DNA from: Takakia lepidozioides
Lineage: Eukaryota; Plantae; Bryophyta
Length of the DNA: 64,000 nt
Direction: 5' to 3'
Assembly: GCA_030704615.1 (NCBI GenBank)
Contig: CM060734.1
Span: 60,016,001-60,080,000 of the forward strand
Shown: positions 25,001 through 34,076 of the stretch, one piece after another
Numbering within the stretch: position 1 is the stretch's first letter
Layout of the letters: every line of letters begins with the position of its first letter
Notes under the pieces: generated by a model
The model's database searches: none
What the model was told of the DNA's origin: nothing
The model's input: the letters and a program-made list of their open reading frames with translations, nothing else
Program-made: the position numbers and the translations under genes

Positions 25001-25818
25001 TGCTCCGCATGAGTATGGCAAGGAGGCTGTCGAAATATATGAAAAAATGCAAAATAAAGGGTCTAACGCCCAACACAAACAGTATCACCTTTATATGTGT
25101 TCTCTCTGCCTGCAGCCACACTGATCTATTGAATGAAGGAAGATGCTACTTCGATTCCCTGAGTGAAGATCATGGTCAATCTGACAGTAACACACTTTGG
25201 CTGCATGGTGGACCTACTTGGACGTGCGGGACAATTGGATGAGGCAGTTGACCTAATTAATAAAATGCCAATCAATCCAAATGTTGTGGTGTGGAAGGCC
25301 TTGCTTGGTGCCTGCAGAATCCATGGCAATGTGGAGATGGCTGAATGTGTGGCAACATCTATTCCCAAGTGGGATGAACATGATGCCGACTTATGTGGTG
25401 CTATATCAAACATCCATGCTGCAGCTGACAGGTGGGATGATACTGCAAAGGTGAGAAGAATGATGAAGGTGAGAGGGGTTAGAAAAGAGCCAGCTGACAA
25501 GTTGCATCCCAGAATTAAGGAATTCCATGCTGAGCTGAGAAGATTGTCTGGGCAAATGAAGGAGGCGGGGTATGTGCCTGACACACGCTTTTTATTGCAT
25601 GATGTGGAGGAATTTTCTCTTAGCCACCACAGTGAGAAGCTGGCCATTGGTTTTGGGCTGATCACCACGACTCATCAAGAATCTTCGAGTGTGTGTAGAC
25701 TGCCACACCTCCACCAAATTCATCTCAAAGATTGTTGGCCGAGCAATTGTTGTATGGGACACTAACTACTTTCCACCACTTTGAAGATGGGATTTGTTCT
25801 TGTGGTGATTACTGGTGA
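22060..25818 (+). pseudogene. PLS-class PPR-E-DYW pseudogene mosaic
   Basis: About 7 tandem ~300-nt P-L-S triplets (LVDMYAKCG..RDVVSWNAML.GYAQQG..ITFVCVCNACASL) at 22060-24080, then two separate L2-S2-E segments and [20 protein letters not shown] (TGA 25816-25818). Many frameshifts and stops. Confidence 0.92.
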
Positions 25819-26143
25819 AATGATGTTTTCTTGGAAAGATGCTAGTGTCTTGTTTCATTCATACAGTGAATGTAAGGGTATTTGGGTATGTTGATATTGA
25901 TTGATGTGGCTTGTGAAAATTGAACATTGAAATGCAGATCCGCCATTTTCTTCCAGGGAAAAACAAAACATGGGATCTCTGCATGTAACACAGTGGGGAT
26001 GACCCACCCCTTTTTTTGTGAAAAATTGAACGTAGTTCTCAGAATTCGTCGCTAGTAGTGCGGAGCAACGCGAAGCCCTAGTTCTAGCGATGACCGAAGG
26101 TCGGGAGCTAGTTTAGCGTAGAGCAGGAATAGGATGCCATAGT

Positions 26144-26255
26144 GCCACGTCATCGTCGCCACGTCATCGTCGCCACGTCATCGTCGCCACGTCATCGTCA
26201 CCATGTCATCGTAGACACGTCATCGTAGCCAGGTCATCGTAGGCACGTCATCGTC
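26144..26255 (+). repeat. 14-bp tandem repeat GCCACGTCATCGTM x8 (x3 in element A at 19542-19583)
   Basis: Units counted directly; copy number differs between the two element heads. Confidence 0.95.
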
Positions 26256-26853
26256 GTCGTCAATTTCTTTGGAATCTGCCCGGACGGCCCGCGCGAAAAA
26301 ACCCAAAGCGCCAAGTTGTTTTGGAATTGCCCGGACTGCCCGGTTCTTGAAGTTCTTGAACCGCAGGAGCCGCCATCGTGCACCTTGCAAGCTCTCAACA
26401 GTCTCGCTGCTCAATGCAAACCGTGGCCTTTCCCTCATTCGATCAGCTTCGATTTTCGCGCAAAGGCTCCGCAGATCACATCATTTTGCTTGCTTAGGCT
26501 TGTGAACGTGTTTTGGTCGTGACAGCCACATCATCAATCATGATGGTAAGGTTGTTTGCTTTTGGGCCCTTTTCCAAGCATTGAATAGAAAGTTTGGGGT
26601 AAGGAATCAACAAGAAGTGATACAAAGTATGCTGATCAGCATAACAATGTTTTTCTGATGGAGTGAGATGTTTCTTAAACTCAACAATGGTTGTCACAGA
26701 CACATTCAAGGATAAAAAACTAACTGAGCATCCAGACGGGGAACTTTGAAGGCAGTGGAGATTACTGAAAGTACCAGAAGGAGAAAGAGGCTTAAATGGA
26801 TACTGTCTTCCTTCAAAATATGACTTGCTAAAGAGTGTGTTTTGAATTGGCAG

Positions 26854-28058
26854 TACGGGTGAGAGATCATGTCACCTCCCGTCTGATAGGGCACAATCAG
26901 GAGGTGTGTGGCCTCAAGTGGTCACCGTCAGGCCAACAGCTAGCAAGTGGAGGCAATGACAACTTTCTCCACATTTGGGATGCAGCTGTCACATCATCAT
27001 CACCTGAGTCAGCAGTCTATCTACACAGGCTGGACGACCACCAAGCAGCTGTGAAAGCACTTGCCTGGTGCCCCTTCCAGGCCAACTTACTCGCGTCTGG
27101 AGGGGGTACTGCTGATCGCTGTATGGAACACGCAGACAGGTGCCTGTATCAACAGTGTCGACACTCATTCCCAGGTTGATGGTTTGCCGATGAGATCGAT
27201 ACTTCCTTGAAGAATAGTAAAATCTAGCTTACATTGTACGATGTGATATTATTAATTCCACTGTCCCATTTCTCGTGTAATGAGAAAGTTGTAGTGCACC
27301 GTATGTAGTTTCTTATGACTGAAAATGAGATGTTTGAAAAACTGTATTATATATGTTCCTCTAAATTCAGTTGGTGATATCTGAACTTTTCAGAACTGCA
27401 TGGGCAAGTTAGGATGGCATATGTGAAGATGTTCTGCATCACACAAGGTTTCACTATTATTGATCTAGGTCTGGTGGTCAAACATTGGGTTGTGCACTCA
27501 GGTGTGTGCTCTGCAATGGAACCGGCATCGAAAGGAGATACTGAGCAGCCATGGGTTCAGCCAGAATCAACTGTGCTTGCGGAAGTATCCATCTATGGCC
27601 AAAATTGCTGAACTCACTGGTCACACTGCCCATGTTCTCCATCTTGTCCAGGTTTTAAGACTTCTTTCTGTTGACATTCTAGTGTTTCCAAAGATGACAA
27701 TTTGCAGAATTTCATTTCATATTACACTTACGTTTGTACTACTCTAGGGTTCAGAGGAGCCGTGTTGCAGCTCTGGCTCGAAAATGCACATGTGGATCCA
27801 TAATGCCACTGACGGTCCAACATCGTCATTGCCATCGCCATCGTTTGTTGAAATTGAGTGAATTACTTTTATGTTTGTGACTTTCTCATGATTTTAGTGC
27901 TGTAATTTGTGTAGAGCCCTGATGGAACAATGGTAGTCTCCGCTGCTGCGGATGAGACACTTCGCTTTTGGAAGGTATTTGGGATGGCACAACCTGTCAA
28001 GAAGGTCTCCATAGGAGGAACTGGTGATCTGTCATTGCGAAGTATTAACATAAGATAG
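26854..28058 (+). pseudogene. CDC20: 3' fragment (three exons) of the APC/C activator CDC20
   Basis: Exons 26854-27174, 27502-27651 and 27915-28058: [56 protein letters not shown] and a C-terminal IR tail. Frameshifting deletion near 27121; no N-terminal exons seen. Confidence 0.92.
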
Positions 28059-28989
28059 GAGCGCCAGCTGTGGACTACAAAAATCAGAGCTCCAACATAG
28101 CAGGAAGCAAAACATTGATGCCTTGGGACAGGGGGTCACCACCTCAACAGAATGCTGGTTTTAAAAGCATAATGAAATTCATGATCCATGTCCAGTTTCT
28201 GCTGTAAATGGTGGGTTGGTTGACAAACTTCAATGTTTGGCATCACTGAGGCAGAAAACATTTCATGAGGTGAGGACTGACACTTTCCACTTTTGTCTAT
28301 TGGGGGGCTAATAGGACATAGGTGGCCTGTCCCACCCAGGATGCTCATATCTAAGGGCATGCTGTGGACCAAATTAAGTGTGCACATCAATTATTACAAG
28401 CTAACACTTCAGTTTTGCAACATGGTTGTCGAAGGACTTGCATGTTAAATGTAAGTTGAAAGACCTGCAGACCCAGATGTCTCTCACAGTGACTGCTTGT
28501 GAAAAGCAAGAGCCTGCTCTCTTGTGGGTGCAAGCTCAATTTATGATGTGGTGGATTGCTTGTGCAGTGGGGCGTGCACATTGATCATAGACTTCTTGCA
28601 GCGGCCATATGGGACAAACATGACCTGCCTACAATGGGTATTACAAGAATTGCATACTCTTGTTTATTCCAAGATCATTCCCACTCAATGCATGCATCTG
28701 CTGGCCATGGGTTCTCCCACCCACTGGACGATTACATTATCTTATTCCTACATTGGAAGTTTGATGAGACACTCAAAACAGCATCCTCCCATGGCTCAGC
28801 AGTCATGCCCTGCCTTTCTTTGGAAGATGATTTTCTGCAATTGTCTTGCATATCCTTTTGTGGAGGGTAGGCCTACAAATCACCATCAGGGACTGAGAGG
28901 GGCCATAAGCGCCGAATGTATCTACCATTTTGAAGACTCATGAGAGCAAGAAAGTTTTCAATCCTGTGTATAAAGCCTCTCAGTACATT

Positions 28990-31980
28990 TGGTCTCAAAG
29001 ATTGTTGGCCGAGCAATTGTTGTATGGGACACTAACCGCTTTCACCACTTTGAAGATGGGGTTTGTTCTTGTAGGGATTACTGGTGAAACATTGTCTTGT
29101 TTGTTGGAATGGTGCGGATGCCTTGCTTCATTCTTTGATCTGTGTAGCTACTCAATTCATCCACCATTTCCTGAGAATAATGGCCATGATGTACTGTTGA
29201 GGGGCGCATTTCTGTACCATAGATCCAGATGAAACAGTAGCGGGGTCTACAGGTAGTTAGTGAAGGGGGGATTTTGACTGTCTCTGGTGATAGTGGAAGG
29301 AAATTAGAGTGCTGTCATATTTCTGGTGTGGGTGGTGGATCTTCTCCAGAGCTTGAAGATGAAAGTGAATATGATTTGCAATGACCTTGATTAGAGGGGC
29401 AAAGGGAGTATTTGACAATGTGACTGAACGAAATGTGGTGTCGTGGGTATTTGATGATCGCAGGATATGCCCAGCATGGTTGTCATAGGGAGGTCCTGCA
29501 ACTATTTGAAGGAATGTAAAAGAACGGCTTGAAGCCGGACAGTATCACCTTTATATGTGTTCTCTCTGCATGCAGCCACACTGGCCTACTGAATGAAGGA
29601 AGACACTACTTCGATTCCCTGAGTCAAGATCATGGTGTTACTCCAACAGTAAAGCACTTTGGCTGCATGGTGGACCTTCTTGGACGTGCAGGACAACTGC
29701 ATGAGGCAGTGGACCTGATTAATAAAATGCCAATCAATCCAGATGTTGTGGTGTGGAAGGCCTTGCTTGGTGCCTGCAGAATCCATGGCAATGTGGAGAT
29801 GGCTGAACGTGCGGCAACATCTATCCTCAAGTGGGATGAACAAGATGCTGCAACTTATGTGTTGCTATCAGACATCCATGCTGCAGCTGGCAGGTGGGAC
29901 GATGCCACATCAGTTTGGAAAATGATGAAGGCCAGAGGTGTGCAGAAGGAGCCAGGTCGCAGCTACATTGAGGTCAACAACAAAGTGCATACATTCATTG
30001 TGGATGACAAAATGCATCCACAGATTGAGGAAATCCATGCTGCGCTGAGCAGATTGTCTGGGCAGATGAAGGAGGCTGGGTATGTGCCTGATGTGTTTGA
30101 GAATACGGCTGAATAAAATGTGTTTAGGGGGTAATGCCTACCAGGATTTTCCTCGGAGTAAGGGAAATGACAGAGCTCACATGCTCTTGTAGTGTCTGCA
30201 CGCAGATCAAGCAATGAGCAACAAACAGCTCTGGCTAGAGTTTTTCTCAGATGCTTCACAGTGGTGGTTTCATAATGTAAGTTTTTTCATCTTGTACAGC
30301 TTTGGTGTGGTGCTCCTGGAGATTCTCACAGGAAAGCGGCCCTCAGATGATTTCTTTAAGGATGCGAGCCACACTATGATCCAATGGGTAAGGAGTGCTC
30401 ATATTGGCTTGTCTTTTACAGCTGCTCAGATGAGTGGACAGTTTATCACAATATTAGTAGCTTGTGCATTATCGGACATGTTTTCCACACATTTGAAGCC
30501 ACACCTAATTGCCAACTTCCAAACACATGGTGCTTGGATTTTCCGTTCTCGATGCATGAGCCAGCCTAGCAGACCTGGAAAAGGGCAAAAAGATCCATGC
30601 TGATATTATCAAAGCCAGAATTGAGCCAAATATCGTCCTGGAAGCCCTTGCCAACATTATGCCAAATTTGGGAACATGGAGATGTGCATCTAGTGTTTGA
30701 CAATATGGCTCGACAAAATGTGGTCTCATGGAGTGCGATGATCGGAGGATATGCTCAGCTTGGATGTGGTAAAAAGGCTTTGGAGATCTATGAGCAAAAC
30801 AGAAAGGGGTTATGCCCAACCAGGTAACGGTTGTGTGTGTTCTCAATGCATGTGCCAGCCTGGTGGCTGAACGAGATGTGCTCTCCTGGAGTGCAATGAT
30901 TTCAGGATATGCCCAGCATGGAGTTGGTAGGGAGGCTTTGGAGACATATGAGCAAAAAGGAGTTTTCTCTTTGCCACCAAAGTGAGAAGCTGGCCAATGG
31001 TTTTGGGCTGATCAGCACGACCCCTAGGATGCCTCTCCGTCTTATCAAGAATCTTCGAGTGTGTGGTGACTGCCACACCTCCACCAAATTCATCTCAAAG
31101 ATTGTTGGCCAAGCAATTTTTGTATGGGATGCTAACCACTTCCACCACTTTGAAGATGGGATTTGTTCTGGAGTGCGATGATTGCAGGATATGCTCAGCA
31201 TGGGTTTGGTAAGGAAGAGAGGTGTAGGAAAGGAGCCAGGGCACAGCTGTATTGAGGTGGACAACCGGGTGCATACCTTTGTTGCAGAAGACAAACTGCA
31301 TCCACAAATGGGGGAAATCCATGCTGAGCTGAAGAGAGTCTCTGAGCAGATGGAGAAAACCGGGTACATGCCGGACCAGACACTCGTTTTGTATTGCACG
31401 ATGTGGAAGAGCAGCAAAAGGAATTTTCTCTCTGCCACCTCAGTGAGAAGCTGGCCATTGCTTTTTGGATGATAAGCACACCCTCTGGGACGCCTATCGG
31501 CATCATCAAGAACCTTTGGATGTGTGGTGACTGCATGTACAGGGCCAGGATCAAATCAGGCTCAGCGTGTGCCATGAACGAACTAAGCGACGGAGAGGCC
31601 CAACAGTATTTGCAGCTTAGATCGACGGACAATCTTGGCTTCAACAAACTTGAATGACAACTTCCCCTTCAGAAATTTGCGAGCTTGATCCGCTTATCCT
31701 ATGCTTATCCTATGCTTATCCTTTGACAAAATGACTCAACAAGATGTGGTGGCATAGAACACCATGATGGCAGGATATTCTCAACATGGTAGTGGCAAGG
31801 AGGCTCTTCAGATCTATGAGCAAATAATGGGGGAAAGGGTGATGCCAGACAAGGTCACGTTCAATTGTGTTCTCAATCTGTGTGCAAGCCTGGGGTGCCC
31901 AGGAGACAGGTAAAGATGTCCATGCTGCAACCAGATGTTGGGGTGTGGAGGGCCATGCTTAGTGCCTGCAGAGTTCATGG
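28990..31980 (+). pseudogene. Scrambled PPR, E and DYW fragments
   Basis: DYW end 28993-29087; L2-S2-E1-E2-PG box 29400-30095 (KEPGRSYIEVNNKVHTF); DYW core 30960-31168 ([15 protein letters not shown]); second PG box/DYW start 31210-31535; further PPR pieces to 31980. Domain order is permuted. Confidence 0.9.
30300..30387 (+). pseudogene. Isolated receptor-like kinase exon (subdomain IX-X)
   Basis: SFGVVLLEILTGKRP..TMIQW with intact AG and GT flanks; no adjoining kinase exons seen. Confidence 0.8.
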
Positions 31981-32552
31981 CTATGTATCAACGCGTGTGA
32001 TGGGCACTTTTGGGTACGTTAAATGCTACTTACATAATCTGATTGCCAGCGTATAGTCTGATGCATTGGCAACTCTCAAGGTTAGTGGTTGCATTCTCAT
32101 AGTAGATGGTAATTGTATAGAGCCACAGTGCAGCCACCAGTGGAGAGGTTACTCTAGCTGGGCTGTAACAAACCCTGACCTACTTAGGTGATCAAGCACA
32201 GGCTTGTGATATGGTAATGAGCAACTAACAACTGATTCTCTCCATGTGCAACTCCAAAAGTATTATTGCAACACTGCTCTAACAGGCTGTTTTGTAATTT
32301 AGATTAGAACAAGCAGCAAACTGCAAAAGGCTGTGGCAATGCCTACAAACATATCCGAAATATACAAAAATGATAAGCACACATAACTTTCTGCGGTTCT
32401 CAGATTTCTTCCATTGTAAGCCTAATCTCTTTGTATGGTGGTATGGGAAAGGTAACCTGAATTTTGTGAAAAGATTTACCCGCTGGGTCAGGGTATTATT
32501 ATTATTATTGACTTTATTGAGATTTGAAAAAGCTTCTCATTTAACAATAATA

Positions 32553-33103
32553 GGGTCATGAATGCTCGCACATGTGGCTGAAGCGGGGCCGTGTGTGGCA
32601 GAGGGGGTGGGGGGGGGGGAGGGTGGGAGCGCCCCTACCGGTCTGCTGGCCCCACAAAACACATGAGCTAAGGGGGTAACACATGAGCTAAGGGGGTGGG
32701 GGAGGGTGGGAGCGCCCCTACCCGGGCCCCGCCAAGTTGGTCTGCTGGCCCCACAAAACACATGAGCTAGTGTGCTGGGGTCCACAATATGCACATAAAG
32801 CATTAATTATTGCAAGGGCTTGTAGAATGTGGTGGGTAGTCTGATGATGGTTAAGAAGCATTGGATGTTAGACTTGAGTTGTGGTGATCAAATCTCATTG
32901 TGTTGTACTGTATCAGTAATGTGTGTTATTAAATATATATTTTGTCGAAGGGTCCAAGCCGGTCTGCTGGAGGGGGTCTCCCGTCGTCTGCTGGAGAGGT
33001 GCCAGTCCGCTCGTCGGTTTGGCAAGACCCCATGAATGGGCGGTGGGCTTATGAGCTCACCCCAAGGGTCGTACTAACGGGCTCGCCCGTGCATTCATGA
33101 CCC
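32553..33103. mobile_element. Non-autonomous TIR element (PIF/Harbinger-like GGG termini)
   Basis: TIR GGGTCATGAATGC(T/A)CG, 15/16 match; GC-rich internal duplications at 32605-32770. TSD is not clean. Confidence 0.65.
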
Positions 33104-33175
33104 AATGAGAGGCTTTGAAAAATTGTTGGGGTGCCACTGGCAACTTGATATTTTCAAAACAATAACTATTACCAA

Positions 33176-33398
33176 GAGTGAGTAGCATAGTTGGTTGCTG
33201 CACTGATGCACCCAGATGATTCTGGGATCAAATCGTGCTACTTGAGTGGTGTGGTATGCTCTTCTCCCACTACCCTTGGGCAGTGTCCCATCAAAAAGCC
33301 TTCATGGCGAGGTTTGAGGTTATTTTCTCCTCACTATCAAGGGGCGTGATTTGTGAGCTGTCGCACGTAGGTGTTTCCCTTAAAATAAAATTTAAAAA
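33176..33398 (+). mobile_element. tRNA-type SINE copy 1
   Basis: A-box-like TAGCATAGTTGG, B-box-like GGATCAAATCG, body shared with copies 2 and 3, A-rich tail. Confidence 0.7.
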
Positions 33399-33692
33399 AT
33401 AACTATTTTGTCATAAAAGTCACATTGAACACATCATTGGGTGTACCTATGGTAGCAAATATGTCGTATAGTTCAAACAAAGCCTCCATGGAAGAATAAT
33501 TTTATCTGCATCAAACAATGAAAGGCGGAGACGTGTGTATGTAATACCATGCAGATGACCCCGCCTTTGTGAAAATTGAACGTAGTTCTCAGAATTCGTC
33601 GCTAGTAGTGCGGAGCAACGCGAAGCCCTAGTTATTTTCTGCCCAACCGTATAAGAGGCTACAGTATATATAGGAATATAGCACCAACAGTC

Positions 33693-33907
33693 AGAAGCTC
33701 AGTTTGTAAAGTGCACTGAGTGCCATCCGGATGACCCTGGGGTCAAATCCTGCTACTTGACAGGTGTGGTACGCTCTGTTCCCCCTTCCCTGCGCAGTGT
33801 CTCATCAGAAAGCCTTACGGCGAGGTTACTGAGAGGTTATTTTCTCCTCTCTCTATCAATGGGCCTGATTTCTGAGCTGTCGCTCCCAGGTGTTTCCCTT
33901 TAAAAAT
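33693..33907 (+). mobile_element. tRNA-type SINE copy 2
   Basis: AAGCTCAGTTTG..GGGTCAAATCC, body ..GAGCTGTCGCTCCCAGGTGTTTCC, A tail; lies in TA-rich flanks. Confidence 0.75.
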
Positions 33908-34076
33908 TAATATATATATATAGCGTCGTCTAAGCTCCTGCCACTACTGTATAGCGAAATGACAGAATATGAAGCTGGAAGACCGTTTGTGGATGAAGTC
34001 TGTTGATTTTTTGAACTCCGCTGTTTGCTCTGCATTGCCCTGTGGAAGTTCGTAGAGCTGGCTGCCCCGCGGGGGG

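Larger units (their letters stand above)
19481..26081 (+). mobile_element. Helentron/Helitron2-like non-autonomous element A with captured genes
   Basis: 5' end TCTAGCGACGACCTAAGGTCGGAAGCTAG (hairpin), then 14-mer repeats. About 265 bp of 5' sequence is shared with element B. 3' end ...CGTCGCTAG-TAGTGCGGAGCAACGCGAAGCCCTAG, where CGTCGCTAG is the inverted copy of 5' CTAGCGACG. No TSD, T-rich junctions, no RepHel ORF seen. Confidence 0.75.
26083..33631 (+). mobile_element. Helentron/Helitron2-like non-autonomous element B, head-to-tail with A
   Basis: Starts TCTAGCGATGACCGAAGGTCGGGAGCTAG one base after the CTAG end of A. Ends with the same ~55-bp 3' terminus (AAAATTGAACGTAG...GCCCTAG; CTAG at 33628-33631), followed by TT. 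Confidence 0.75.
14542..33664. mobile_element. TIR pair of a TA-targeting (Tc1/mariner-type) non-autonomous element bracketing a 19 kb nest
   Basis: Left TIR CCGCAGCCTCTTATGCGGTTGGGCAGAAA (14542-14570). Right TIR 33636-33664 reverse-complements to CTGTAGCCTCTTATACGGTTGGGCAGAAA (26/29 identical). TA on both outer sides (14540-14541, 33665-33666). Confidence 0.6.

Noticed and set aside
22060-25818. Single intact PPR-DYW gene broken only by sequencing errors or rescued by RNA editing
   Set aside because: It has multi-base deletions, two separate E regions and lesions outside homopolymers.
28860-28940. Possible U-to-C (DYW:KP-type) domain remnant (ITIRD..CIYHFED)
   Set aside because: Too short and interrupted, and no HAE or GRP signature is visible; it would need an HMM search.
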